A program made the translations under genes and the position numbers. Shown one piece after another: positions 28,137 to 38,325 of a DNA stretch of 64,000 nt (its first letter is position 1; every line of letters starts with the position of its first letter). This stretch comes from a plasmid. Below the pieces are notes generated by a model that worked only from the letters and a program-made list of their open reading frames with translations, made no database searches and was not told where the DNA came from. The stretch lies in sequence record CP104424.1; one strand, written 5' to 3'.

Positions 28137-28170
28137 CTGACGGATTATCGTCTAACAGTTGATAGCTACC

Positions 28171-28824
28171 TCAAAATACTTCTGCAACAGGAACACCGGC
28201 AACTTTTTCCCACTCTTTAACCCGATACCGGATCATCTGTGGGAAACGTTCCTTGTACTCATATCCACGTGCAGCCATGGTGTGCATGGTGTTGGCCAGC
28301 GTCCTTGATGAGATGCCGGAGATCTCAAGAGGAATCATCGGCAGACTCACATAGGTGGTGTGGATTTCCAGCTTGCCGTCCTCAGCAACCGTGCGGGTAA
28401 AGTTGTGAATATCCAGACCAATTACATCCATCACATTGTTTGGATAAATACGCACATACAGCATGGTGCCGTTTTTAATGTCGATCCCGAAATAACAACT
28501 CTTCGAGAATGACAGTTGCTCATAATCGCTGGTCGGCGCAAAGGGACTGCTTTCTTTTATCTGCTGAACAACCTGCTGGACTTTCTTTTTCTTCGCTCTG
28601 GTTTTCATATATAGCCAGAGTGATGGGAGTATTAATAGGAGCCAACTGCCATAAGTATATAGATATGCTTGAATATCTGTTTCTATATATGGTTCTGTAA
28701 GCATCATACCGGTAAATCCTAGAGAACATAGTAATAAAAAAGGAACACCAAATATAAAATAAGCAGTGCGGATAAGGTAATAATATGCCCACCAGGAAGG
28801 ATATCTGCTTTTTGTTGTGTTCAT
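28171..28824 (-). CDS. excA: entry exclusion inner-membrane protein ExcA-like (217 aa)
   Basis: Position just after traY as in R64; N-terminal TM helices; size (R64 ExcA ~220 aa). Confidence 0.6.
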   Translation of the reverse strand: MNTTKSRYPSWWAYYYLIRTAYFIFGVPFLLLCSLGFTGMMLTEPYIETDIQAYLYTYGSWLLLILPSLWLYMKTRAKKKKVQQVVQQIKESSPFAPTSDYEQLSFSKSCYFGIDIKNGTMLYVRIYPNNVMDVIGLDIHNFTRTVAEDGKLEIHTTYVSLPMIPLEISGISSRTLANTMHTMAARGYEYKERFPQMIRYRVKEWEKVAGVPVAEVF

Positions 28825-28911
28825 AATAAACCTCCATATTCACCTGAATGTATTTTAATCTCTTCAGGTGAATATGGCAATGGTGTTTTAGTGGTTTTTC
28901 GATATTTTCAT

Positions 28912-31077
28912 TTATTGTTTTATTCCGTCTTTATCATCTCTATTAATATTTTTCAGTTTTTCTTCACGAACGCCAGGTGTTCTGCGCATATTGGTATTAC
29001 CTCCGGCAATAATATCTTTGACTGAAGAAACCATATTCCCCAGCATATTAACACCGTCACGTCCGCCCAGAAAATTAATTACATGGTCAGGCAGATAAGC
29101 CTGAAGCGCAAAAACGGCTGCAACCAGTGTGGTACAGGCGCGGGCATAAATCATCAAAAATCCCGCCATGCTGAACACGCCCGTCACAGAGTTTATCTGG
29201 ACATTCATCAGTGCAGCAGCATACAGCGCATTCAGGATTGTGCCGCCGGCCACGATGGCGACTGATGCAAAAAAGAACCCGAACACCATCAGCAGCGGTC
29301 TGATCATGCTGTCTATCAGGTAGATGTAACCGTAAGCGGCCCGGCTTCCCCGGTCCTGACTTGTTCCCAGATGGGTGGCGGCCCACAGGGGGCCAGCAGC
29401 ACATCCAATCAGTACGCTGACTATCCAGTTGCCGATGCCGGTCATCCAGAAGATAAACGGGATAAACGGCAGGTAAATGGATAACGAAAAACCGGCACAA
29501 AACAGCAAAAACAGCAGGAAGTAGAGTGGTGGTGCGGATGCTTCCAGAAAAGCCTTTGCGGCGTCAGATAATCCGCTGACGGCATTGACCAGTCGACCAA
29601 AAACGGAGTTGCTGCCGGCCGTGGAAAGTACCCTGACGGTGGTATAACCCGCCCAGATGGTTTCGGTCGTAACCATGGTGTAATCGCCAATGTTTTTCAT
29701 TTTTATCAACGGATTTAGTTGATTAGTTGTGGTACCTGTACCGCTCAGATAAGTGGCTGTCCAGTTAGTCATTCTTGTTAGGTTAAACCCAATCAATTTT
29801 AAGATTGCTGATTGAGGGTCTTGAGTTTTAGATGCGTGGTATTCACTGGCAGAGGTGGCTGTTCCCAGTGCAGGAGTATACGCTGAGTTCTGTAGCTGTG
29901 CCTGGTAAGCCCCCTTGACTTCCTTCAGGAATTCCGTATCCCCGGCTTCGCCCAGTGACGAGACGCCACTCACAGTAGGAGCGCGGTTGGCCAGGTCTTC
30001 CAGTCGCTGGTTGGCGGTGGCAAAGGTCTGGTACCAGGCACCCAGGGCAACCCAGCCGTAGGTGGTCAGGTAGGATTTCAGCTGCTCCCTGCGCTCAGTT
30101 TCTGCGTTATCTGCCGGCAACGCCTTCTGCACCGTTTCTTCATACCGGTTGGCTGCCTTCTGAATACGGCTTTCAATATCCGGCAGGTTGCCGTTACCCG
30201 TGTCGCGCCGGGTCCGGTATGCCGACACAAATTCCTGCGCCGCGCTGTCCAGGTCACGGAGCATGGTATCCATGGCGGAGCGTTGTGCCGTCAGAACCCC
30301 CTGATATTCCGTTTCAATGAAGGGATTGAAAAAATGGGCCAGCGCGGACTGCTTGTTACTGCCGTTTCCTTTCACGGAGAGACTCACACTCCCGCAGGTG
30401 GCGCTGCCATTTGAGACGGTGACGGTATATCTGCCATTCTCTGTCCGTGAGGATTCGCTCATGGGCGGCGTTGATGAACGTGCGGTACGGTTAAAGTCAT
30501 CGAGGCCCGTATTCATGGCGTGTTTGCACAGTTCCATCTCCAGAATTCCCCGTGCTGCCGTGCGGGTGGAGACATGTACTGGCTGTACGGTCATTGAATA
30601 GCCTTCAGCAATGTTTTCTGCCGCTGTCTGAACCATGATATTGGCGGAACCGATGCCCATGATGGATGCGCCCCACAGCATGACCAGTTGCGCCAGACTC
30701 CAGCCGGAAGCGGTGGGCACAATCATCAAAAATCCACTCACGACACTGAGTATGCCGACGACGTCCCGTCCGTTGTTAAAGACACTGCCCTGGTGTCCCG
30801 TGCGGACAGCATGACGGATACCAATAAACAGAAACCAGACTATCCCCATCGTGGCGATAATTGCGTTAAACACCATGAACAGGTTGCCAATGATGGTGTT
30901 GCTGCTGGCTGTCAGGGGATTTGTGACCACATCACCAAAAATGGTGACCAGTGCCTGGCGCGACAGGTCATCCGGATTGGTGGCGGCACTCACAATGTCC
31001 TGATAGGTGACGAAAGCCTGTGCAGGTACGGCAGCCAGCGCCAGACCTGCACTCAGTGCTCTGGGTATGATTTTCAC
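28912..31077 (-). CDS. traY: TraY, DotA-like integral membrane protein (721 aa)
   Basis: Signal peptide; multiple TM blocks; operon position. Confidence 0.9.
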   Translation of the reverse strand: MKIIPRALSAGLALAAVPAQAFVTYQDIVSAATNPDDLSRQALVTIFGDVVTNPLTASSNTIIGNLFMVFNAIIATMGIVWFLFIGIRHAVRTGHQGSVFNNGRDVVGILSVVSGFLMIVPTASGWSLAQLVMLWGASIMGIGSANIMVQTAAENIAEGYSMTVQPVHVSTRTAARGILEMELCKHAMNTGLDDFNRTARSSTPPMSESSRTENGRYTVTVSNGSATCGSVSLSVKGNGSNKQSALAHFFNPFIETEYQGVLTAQRSAMDTMLRDLDSAAQEFVSAYRTRRDTGNGNLPDIESRIQKAANRYEETVQKALPADNAETERREQLKSYLTTYGWVALGAWYQTFATANQRLEDLANRAPTVSGVSSLGEAGDTEFLKEVKGAYQAQLQNSAYTPALGTATSASEYHASKTQDPQSAILKLIGFNLTRMTNWTATYLSGTGTTTNQLNPLIKMKNIGDYTMVTTETIWAGYTTVRVLSTAGSNSVFGRLVNAVSGLSDAAKAFLEASAPPLYFLLFLLFCAGFSLSIYLPFIPFIFWMTGIGNWIVSVLIGCAAGPLWAATHLGTSQDRGSRAAYGYIYLIDSMIRPLLMVFGFFFASVAIVAGGTILNALYAAALMNVQINSVTGVFSMAGFLMIYARACTTLVAAVFALQAYLPDHVINFLGGRDGVNMLGNMVSSVKDIIAGGNTNMRRTPGVREEKLKNINRDDKDGIKQ

Positions 31078-31151
31078 GGTAACTCCGGAACCGAAGGGGA
31101 TGCCCGGGCATCAGCCCCCGGAATGAGGAAAAGAAATTGCAGACCGGACAG

Positions 31152-31721
31152 TCAGTACTGCCGGTGGGTAATGGCCAGCCATGTGGCCTGTTTCCAGCCG
31201 TGCCGGGCCTGCAGGTAATCGGGGAATGTGCCCTGTTCGTCCTCGCTGACCCGACGTTCATTCAGCTGCCAGAGGCGGTATGACGCAATCAGGGCTTTTG
31301 AGGCACACAGTGCTGCAATGGTACTCATCAGTAACAGGCAGACCAGGATACGTATCAGGGTGATGACCGGCAGTGCGGTGGCCGCAAGGGCCATACCACA
31401 CAGCAGAAGTACCGGTATCATCATCAGCCAGAATCCTGTCCGCCAGAACATCCTGCGACGTCGCAGACGCCGGTCCAGTTCGTCGACCGTCAGTCCGCTG
31501 GCCCTGACCGCTTCCTCCCAGGTCATACAGACCGGACTCTCCGGTTGCCGGTCGGGCATGAGGCGCTTCAGGCGCGTTTTATGCTGGTCCAGCATATGGC
31601 GGCAGCTGCGCAGCATCCAGCGGGTTTCGGCCAGTGGTGCGAACAGATTTATCCCTATATCACCGATGCGGCGGAGACGGGGGGCCGGTTTTTTTTCGTC
31701 GATGCTGTTGTCGTCTTTCAT
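31152..31721 (-). CDS. traX: TraX membrane protein (189 aa)
   Basis: Order and size as R64. Confidence 0.75.
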   Translation of the reverse strand: MKDDNSIDEKKPAPRLRRIGDIGINLFAPLAETRWMLRSCRHMLDQHKTRLKRLMPDRQPESPVCMTWEEAVRASGLTVDELDRRLRRRRMFWRTGFWLMMIPVLLLCGMALAATALPVITLIRILVCLLLMSTIAALCASKALIASYRLWQLNERRVSEDEQGTFPDYLQARHGWKQATWLAITHRQY

Positions 31722-32923
31722 CTTACGCTCCCCTGGCTCATGGCCTGTGACAGTTCGCCAAGGCGCTGTCCGTAATACTGCCGTGCGGCCAGCGCAAGTT
31801 GCTGCCCGGCGATAACGTTACCCTGACGAATCTGCTCTTTCAGATCGTTCATCTGCCAGTTCAGCAGGGCGGTGGTGCGCAGCAGCTCACGGAGAAGGTT
31901 ATCGCCTTCCATGCCCTGCAGATCCTGCTGCCAGTCGGTGTTGGCATACCGTCTGCCGGCTTCAAAGGCCTCAAACTCCCGCTGGCTCATGTGGCCACGG
32001 GTGCGGGCTTCTGATGATGCGGTCCGGTCAAAATATGCCGCAGCTGACGGTGACTGCAGGGCTTCAGTCAGTGCCCCACGGGTGGCTTCATTAGGGGTAC
32101 TGTCAGCAATCAGTGACAGCTGCGGATGAGAGGCGGCATCGATGATGCCGTTGTATTCATTCTGCAGGCCCACATACGTGCGCCCGGTCTGTGTGCCCAC
32201 TTCTCCTTTCCCCGGGGCACGACCCGCTGACGGTCTGGCGGTGTTTTTCATATAAGCCGTCGCAGCATCAATCTGTTTCTGATCCCAGGTGAGAGCGGCC
32301 GGGGTATCTGCTGTGCCTGCGCCCTGATAGAGCGATCGTACCTGGCTGTCTCCGCCCGGCAGATCGCCCACGGCAGGGCAGACATCAGTTCCGCCAAAGC
32401 GGGCATACTCCGCTTCCGTGCAGTAACCGGCGTGGATGCCGGCACTGTCATACGCCTCGCGGACCGGGGAGTCCGCAGCCCGGGAGAGACGTTCCCGGAT
32501 GGGTTTACTGCTGACCCCTCCCCCCTGACTCAGACGTGCCGCTGCAGACGCTGCTGCCCGGCGGCTTTCTGCTGCAATGCCGGACGCGGATTCACTGCAG
32601 ATGGAGTCCGGCACGCTGAAGCTTTTCCTGGCCTCCTCGAGGCGGTGTGTTTCATTACTGAATATCATCTGCTGACGGGTGGCCTGCCCGTCCTGGGCAA
32701 TGACGGTGGCCAGTTTTTCTGAGTTCTGGGTGATGGCTGTGCCGGTGGCCGTCTGCATACGGACCATTTCCTCCATGATGCCCTGTATGGTGGCCAGCTC
32801 CGGCATGATCTGTCGGGTGACCGGCTGACTGGACACAACATTCACAGAGTAGGCATGGGTGGCAGGGATAACCGCACAGCCTACAAGGAGTGCAAGCAGT
32901 GTGGTTGCAGATTGTCTTTGCAT
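31718..32923 (-). CDS. traW: TraW lipoprotein (401 aa from MQRQSATTLLALLVGC)
   Basis: Lipobox LVGC; RBS ggag; track ORF extends further upstream to 33028. Confidence 0.8.
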   Translation of the reverse strand: MQRQSATTLLALLVGCAVIPATHAYSVNVVSSQPVTRQIMPELATIQGIMEEMVRMQTATGTAITQNSEKLATVIAQDGQATRQQMIFSNETHRLEEARKSFSVPDSICSESASGIAAESRRAAASAAARLSQGGGVSSKPIRERLSRAADSPVREAYDSAGIHAGYCTEAEYARFGGTDVCPAVGDLPGGDSQVRSLYQGAGTADTPAALTWDQKQIDAATAYMKNTARPSAGRAPGKGEVGTQTGRTYVGLQNEYNGIIDAASHPQLSLIADSTPNEATRGALTEALQSPSAAAYFDRTASSEARTRGHMSQREFEAFEAGRRYANTDWQQDLQGMEGDNLLRELLRTTALLNWQMNDLKEQIRQGNVIAGQQLALAARQYYGQRLGELSQAMSQGSVR

Positions 32924-33501
32924 TCTTTTTTCTCCGTTTTCGGGGGATACAGGATGTCTGGTACGCGATGACTGAGTGATTCCGGCAGCGGAGCCAGCGG
33001 GAAACACTGGAAGCGGCGCGTGATCCATCCCTGACGGTTACGGTTATCGATGAGCGTGAAGGTACGACGCTTCACGCGTTTCAGTGTCGGGGTGTCGCTT
33101 TCCATGACCGGCCAGTCTCCGGCTGTGAGTGCCGGTGTGCCGGGGACATCCGGCCACAGCCAGGTGTTGTCAGACATCAGCGCAGTGAGTGGTGCGGGCA
33201 GAAGCCAGTGAATGACATGCTGTATATCAAAAGGCGGTCGCTCCGGCACGTTAACCTGCCAGGTGGCCGTTGTTATCAGCGTGCCTGTCTCTCCGGGCAG
33301 GGCCAGGCGAATACCACTCATCTCCCCGTCAGCCCGTCTGTCACTGGCAAAAATGACCCGGGGATTGGGGGACGGTCGCAGTGTGAAGCAGGCGGACGGC
33401 AGGGTGAAGCTGAAACTGTCACCGTCCACGCGCAGTGTTTTCAGGAAGACCTGTCCCCGGGCAGGACGCCGGCAGCGGGGGGTGATATGAATGCTGTACA
33501 T
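32881..33501 (-). CDS. traV: TraV (206 aa)
   Basis: Operon position; TGATG overlap with the traU stop. Confidence 0.7.
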   Translation of the reverse strand: MYSIHITPRCRRPARGQVFLKTLRVDGDSFSFTLPSACFTLRPSPNPRVIFASDRRADGEMSGIRLALPGETGTLITTATWQVNVPERPPFDIQHVIHWLLPAPLTALMSDNTWLWPDVPGTPALTAGDWPVMESDTPTLKRVKRRTFTLIDNRNRQGWITRRFQCFPLAPLPESLSHRVPDILYPPKTEKKECKDNLQPHCLHSL

Positions 33502-36500
33502 CAGAGGTTATATCCCTGCTTACGGATGAGTTCTGCTGCCAGCTCATGGATGACGTTTTCACTGTCATGTGTGCGGGCGCGGTGTTCTATCAGTGAGGTG
33601 GCTGAACCCCGGGGAAAGTGTTCGGCCAGGATCTGGCGTGCCCGCAGTGACCCCACCTCCTGCGTCAGCGCACGTCGCAGGGCGCTGTCTTTAGGAGAGG
33701 AGTTCAGTGCCCACAGCTCCAGTGGACCGAGGGTGAATTTCAGGATCCGGGCCAGCGTGCCGTTTTTTACACGGAACACAGCCAGTACCGGGACACCGCT
33801 GCCGTCCGGTGCGGCCCCTTCCGGCATTTTCAGGAAGCGCCGCAGTGTGACTTCCGGGACGCCAAAGTTATCCCGCAGGAACGGAATTTCGTCAGGGCGG
33901 TAACGCAGCAGCCACAGGGTGTTGGCGGATTTGAGCACGGCCGGAGGATAATGCTGCAGCAGCTGGGTGCTCAGCACCGTGCGTATCCCGAACTTACGCT
34001 GCTCCAGCTCCTGGGTGTCCAGGGCTTCCCAGATGAAGTTGATCCCTTTTGCATTGTGCAGTTCGTCATAGACTTTGGTCTTGACCTCCTGATCAAGCTG
34101 TTCAATGCGGCGGAAAATCACCTCATGGTAGCGTGGGTCGAGATTTTTCCGTATTTCCTCCTGATACTGCGGCAGGACAAAATCCCCGCCGGCGATCTGC
34201 CCGGCCAGCAGATACATGATACCGGTGCGCAGACGTCCGGCAGGTGTCTTGTCCCCGGCCACATTGTTCAGATCAACGGCGACCACGCGGGTGTCGGGGC
34301 TGAGCATAAACCGGGTACAGCCGGACATCATCGGGTAGTCACTGTGTCCCTGATCGAGGGCACGGCGGATGTAGTCCAGCAACCGCTCTTCCGAGTTATC
34401 ACGCTGAACGGTGCCGAACACATCCCGGATGGACGGCTGTCCCAGCAGGGCGGACATTTCAGCCAGCAGGGGCATGGCCTGGTAGTGTGCCCGCTGGGCG
34501 GCGGGGATATTCCCTGCAATATGCAGCATGTCCCTGATTTCAAACCAGGTGGCGGCATTCCACCATCCGGCATCATGTTGTTCAGCGATGCCGCTCTCTT
34601 CCAGGGCAAGATCCACCAGGGGTTCCGTACCTGCGCGGTAAAGTCTGGGGTTATTCTCGCCATATTCCCGGAAGGCCAGGTCCACCAGGCTGCTGATGAT
34701 TTGCCGGGTGTCGCCGGGATTACAGGGCTGACCGGTGCCGGTATCCACACACAATGCACAGAGGACGGAGACCATGAAGTTCTTTTCCGGTGTGACGGGT
34801 TTTCTGGCCCCGTACATCACATCAAACAGGTTGCGGGTGTGGTCCGGGTCATTACTCAGAATGATCCCCACGGCTTCGTCCTTTCTCTGCTCAGGCAGGC
34901 TGTCACGGATAAGCTGTACCAGTCCCTGTGCACTGAATCCCTTGTCGATATAGGCAATGAAAGGGAGATTCTTCTGGGCTGAGGCTATCTGGATCTCCGA
35001 CAGTGCGTTGATGAGTACCGATTTGCCCAGACCGGGTGCGCCGGGTGTCAGCTCCGTGTGCTTGTTCTGTTGTGATGACGCCAGCGCCACCTCCCATGCA
35101 GAGCCGTCTTCGGTGTGCATCATCAGATTTCCCTGTCCCCGCCAGACAGAGCCTGCCCTGTTCAGGGGAAACAGGGAAAGGGCGTGTGAAAGGGGCGGGT
35201 AAAGGGGGATCGGGCCGGAGCTGTGGGAGGCTGCCAGAACCGTGTTCACCCAGGCACGTCTCGGATCACCGAAGGTTGTGGTGGTGCCGCATACCCCCCA
35301 GCCTTCCAGCGCAGATTTCAGGAGAGCCTGGTTACGGGTACAGACTTCCCGGCTGTTTCCCCATGTGGTGGCAACAATGGTCATGATACAGACCGGATCA
35401 TGCTTGTTGATGTCATTCAGCATCATTACCGAGTCATACATGGGCCGGAGAGGAGGAATAAAGCTGCTGTAGGTCAGCAGGGTTTTCTTGACCCCCAGCG
35501 CCTTCATGCCGTCGGGCATCAGATCCATCCGGATACGCCAGGGGATTGCACGGGGCACATCCCTGACCAGCTGGTTGAATGTCCGCAGATTCTGAGGGGG
35601 CAGGGTAATGGCGACCATACCGTGCCAGAGCTCACCGGCCTGAATCAGGCTGCCGTGTGTTTCAGGCTGTGTGGTGAATAACTGCAGATTCAGCGACGGT
35701 GCGTGGAATACAGAGGTATCCCCGCCCTGTCGCCAGCCGGCAGGACGGGCATCTTCAGGCAGATGAGGCTGCCATACTGCCGGTGTACTGTTGCGCTCCA
35801 GCTGGCGGCGGATTTCCCGTCCCACTTCATGGATATCCATCAGGCGAATCAGCAGGCCATCAGAATCATGTGTCAGGGCCTGCTCCAGCGTGTCCAGTAA
35901 GGCGTCATGCCGTATTTTGAGGGCGGAAAGTGTCCAGCGCCAGGGATCCTGCGCAAAACGGGCTGGCGGAGCGTGTTCAGCTAGTTTCCTGACACGGGTC
36001 TGATGGTCCTTGCGATCGGTCCGGCTCAGCAGTTCTTCAGAGCTCCAGACGGTCAGCCAGCAGCGCTCCCGGACAAGCCAGGGGGTGAGTGTGGTGACTT
36101 TTTCATCCAGGACGTCCTGAAGCAGGATCCCCGTGCGTGCGATGGATTTTCGCTGGGGTAAGAGCATGGCTTCGATTTCATCCCTTCCACGCTCCGGATC
36201 GCGTTCGAAAACAAAACTGATTTTGTGGCCGGAATTTTTCCAGGCCGTGTTCATTCGCTCAGCCAGTGCTGCAATCAGTGACTCCAGTGTCCCGGGGGCC
36301 GTCTGGTCCGGGTTTTCATCCATTTCTTTCAGGGCACCGCTGATTTCAAAGACGGAAAGGTAATACCCCTGTTTTGTGGTGGCAATGTAGGGGGCTTTCA
36401 GCCAGGGGCGGCGTTCGCGGTCCTGCTGGTCCAGACCGATGACGGTGTGCAGATCACAGTAATCGGGGAAGAATGCGGAAACGGAATACCGTGACAGGGT

Positions 36501-36557
36501 ACTGATACAGTCTTCAATGGCAAAAATAATGCGGTTGATATTCATGGCATGGGGCAC
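33501..36557 (-). CDS. traU: TraU, DotO/IcmB (VirB4-like) ATPase (1018 aa)
   Basis: Size; Walker-like GAPGLGKSVL. Confidence 0.9.
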   Translation of the reverse strand: MPHAMNINRIIFAIEDCISTLSRYSVSAFFPDYCDLHTVIGLDQQDRERRPWLKAPYIATTKQGYYLSVFEISGALKEMDENPDQTAPGTLESLIAALAERMNTAWKNSGHKISFVFERDPERGRDEIEAMLLPQRKSIARTGILLQDVLDEKVTTLTPWLVRERCWLTVWSSEELLSRTDRKDHQTRVRKLAEHAPPARFAQDPWRWTLSALKIRHDALLDTLEQALTHDSDGLLIRLMDIHEVGREIRRQLERNSTPAVWQPHLPEDARPAGWRQGGDTSVFHAPSLNLQLFTTQPETHGSLIQAGELWHGMVAITLPPQNLRTFNQLVRDVPRAIPWRIRMDLMPDGMKALGVKKTLLTYSSFIPPLRPMYDSVMMLNDINKHDPVCIMTIVATTWGNSREVCTRNQALLKSALEGWGVCGTTTTFGDPRRAWVNTVLAASHSSGPIPLYPPLSHALSLFPLNRAGSVWRGQGNLMMHTEDGSAWEVALASSQQNKHTELTPGAPGLGKSVLINALSEIQIASAQKNLPFIAYIDKGFSAQGLVQLIRDSLPEQRKDEAVGIILSNDPDHTRNLFDVMYGARKPVTPEKNFMVSVLCALCVDTGTGQPCNPGDTRQIISSLVDLAFREYGENNPRLYRAGTEPLVDLALEESGIAEQHDAGWWNAATWFEIRDMLHIAGNIPAAQRAHYQAMPLLAEMSALLGQPSIRDVFGTVQRDNSEERLLDYIRRALDQGHSDYPMMSGCTRFMLSPDTRVVAVDLNNVAGDKTPAGRLRTGIMYLLAGQIAGGDFVLPQYQEEIRKNLDPRYHEVIFRRIEQLDQEVKTKVYDELHNAKGINFIWEALDTQELEQRKFGIRTVLSTQLLQHYPPAVLKSANTLWLLRYRPDEIPFLRDNFGVPEVTLRRFLKMPEGAAPDGSGVPVLAVFRVKNGTLARILKFTLGPLELWALNSSPKDSALRRALTQEVGSLRARQILAEHFPRGSATSLIEHRARTHDSENVIHELAAELIRKQGYNL

Positions 36558-36839
36558 TCCGGTAAGGATGAATCATCACGGTCTTATATTTTTTGATGCC
36601 ACAGCAGGGGATGTGGCATGAAAAAACAGCAGAGAAGATAAATAATCTGTTGAGGGGCAGGGGCGTATTTCTGTGTGATTACACCCGGATAAATAAACTG
36701 CTGTCGGCGAATGAACCGGGCAATCTCTTTTTCATCTCCGTCAGGCGGAATATCGTCAGTCAGCGACCGGATAATAAAGTGCCGGAATGCATCTGCGGAG
36801 AACTGATATCCGGCAGAACGTCACCGGCACCGGTGTGTG

Positions 36840-37658
36840 TCACATGACGTACTTTTTGTCAGGAAACGAATCCGGCAGCAGAATGAGCGCCACCCCGTCC
36901 ATTTTCTCCCTCAACGTTTTACGCTGTGCCGGCGGCCAGCGGCGCAGGGCATCAGCAAAATCCGCCGGACGCCAGGTGCGGAATTTCTCCTCAACGGCCA
37001 GACGGTTCTGTACCAGGGCATTCAGGACTGCCCGTCCCTGCCTGACCCGCTGACGGTTATCGCTGAAAATCTCCTGCAGTGCCCGCGCATTGAGGGCAAC
37101 CACCGAGGCCGGATGCAAATCGGGGAGCCAGACCATCACTCCCTGTGCGGCAGCGTAGCCGTTCAGACAGTGCCAGGCGTGGCAGAAGGCACAGAGATGA
37201 AAGGGCGGGCCTTCCGGCTGCAGCAGGTCACTTTCATTTTCGCTGAGTGCATCCGTTGTGACGATTTGCGACTTTTCCACATGACGCAGGGCCAGTCGTC
37301 TGGCCGACAGGCGGGCCTGTGCCAGGGACCGCTCCGCATCCTGCAGGGTTCGGGTGTGTTTCTTTTTTTCGTCAGCGTTTTCCGGTACCGGACGTTTTTT
37401 CAGGCGCATCACCCGGGTGAGGTTTTTTTCCAGCAGGACGATCGTATCCCGGCAGGTGTCAGCCATCTGCTGTAATGGCCATGAATCTTCCAGAATGAAG
37501 CGGTGGGTGACGGTCCTGCGACAGCAGGGGCAGCGTCCCTCTGTTGAGAGCACTGGCGGTGGTAACAGGGCTTCACCGCTGAATACCGTGTCCGGTTGCG
37601 GGAGCGGGAAAAGCCATCGTTCCCGGACCGGGGCGATGAGTGGCGGGGTCTTTTTCAT
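36840..37658 (-). CDS. traT: TraT (272 aa)
   Basis: Operon position. Confidence 0.65.
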   Translation of the reverse strand: MKKTPPLIAPVRERWLFPLPQPDTVFSGEALLPPPVLSTEGRCPCCRRTVTHRFILEDSWPLQQMADTCRDTIVLLEKNLTRVMRLKKRPVPENADEKKKHTRTLQDAERSLAQARLSARRLALRHVEKSQIVTTDALSENESDLLQPEGPPFHLCAFCHAWHCLNGYAAAQGVMVWLPDLHPASVVALNARALQEIFSDNRQRVRQGRAVLNALVQNRLAVEEKFRTWRPADFADALRRWPPAQRKTLREKMDGVALILLPDSFPDKKYVM

Positions 37659-37824
37659 ACGCTTTTCTCTCTGTATACAGGGTGACGGCAGCCAGAATCA
37701 GTGCTGCTATAGCGGTGGAGTAACACTCTGCAAACACAAACTCCTGATTATCCCGGTTGTCGCGGGCAATCACGTTGCCGTGCTCTGTTCTGAGCAGGGT
37801 GAAAGGGGGTAGCTCACAGGACAT
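37573..37824 (-). CDS. traS: TraS (83 aa from MSCELPP; aggagg RBS)
   Basis: Strong RBS; hydrophobic segment. Confidence 0.5.
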   Translation of the reverse strand: MSCELPPFTLLRTEHGNVIARDNRDNQEFVFAECYSTAIAALILAAVTLYTERKAYEKDPATHRPGPGTMAFPAPATGHGIQR

Positions 37825-37880
37825 GGTCTGGTCCTCCTCATTGTGTGAAGACGGCACCGGTTTCCCGGTGCCTTTGCGGA

Positions 37881-38279
37881 TTAACTGATTGAAACCGGAG
37901 AAAGACCGAGCGTTTTCTGTCCGCTGCCCATCAGTTCCGGTACGACGGCAAGGCAGATGCCGACCAGAATTGACAGCAGGCAGGCCAGCCCTGCACCGGG
38001 TTTTTTACCGATTTGTTTGAGGCCAAGCAGGCCGCCGATAAAGAGCACCAGGCCAATAACCTGACCGATAGCCACAAACGAACTGCTGGAGCCTCTGGCA
38101 CCATCGCCAACGGTTTTAATCATATCGAAGAGGGTATTTGCCATTGCGGTGTGGGGCAGCAGCATCACGGGAAGCAGCAGTAACAGGCGTACCAGCCGGT
38201 CACGGCAGGCCATCAGGCATAACTGAACATAAACAGATGCAGCGCGCAGACGCGCCGCCATGGCACGAAGTCGTGACAT
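37881..38279 (-). CDS. traR: TraR membrane protein (132 aa from MSRLRAM; aaggag RBS)
   Basis: RBS placement; the longer track ORF overlaps traQ. Confidence 0.65.
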   Translation of the reverse strand: MSRLRAMAARLRAASVYVQLCLMACRDRLVRLLLLLPVMLLPHTAMANTLFDMIKTVGDGARGSSSSFVAIGQVIGLVLFIGGLLGLKQIGKKPGAGLACLLSILVGICLAVVPELMGSGQKTLGLSPVSIS

Positions 38280-38325
38280 AGTGTCTCCTTTATTAACAGA
38301 TTGATTTACTGAAAAAATACAGGGG

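Noticed and set aside
33951-34982. 343-aa + strand ORF plus many 60-250-aa antisense ORFs inside traU, traY, sog and nikB
   Set aside because: They sit entirely within large, well-supported genes on the opposite strand, as expected for GC-rich DNA.
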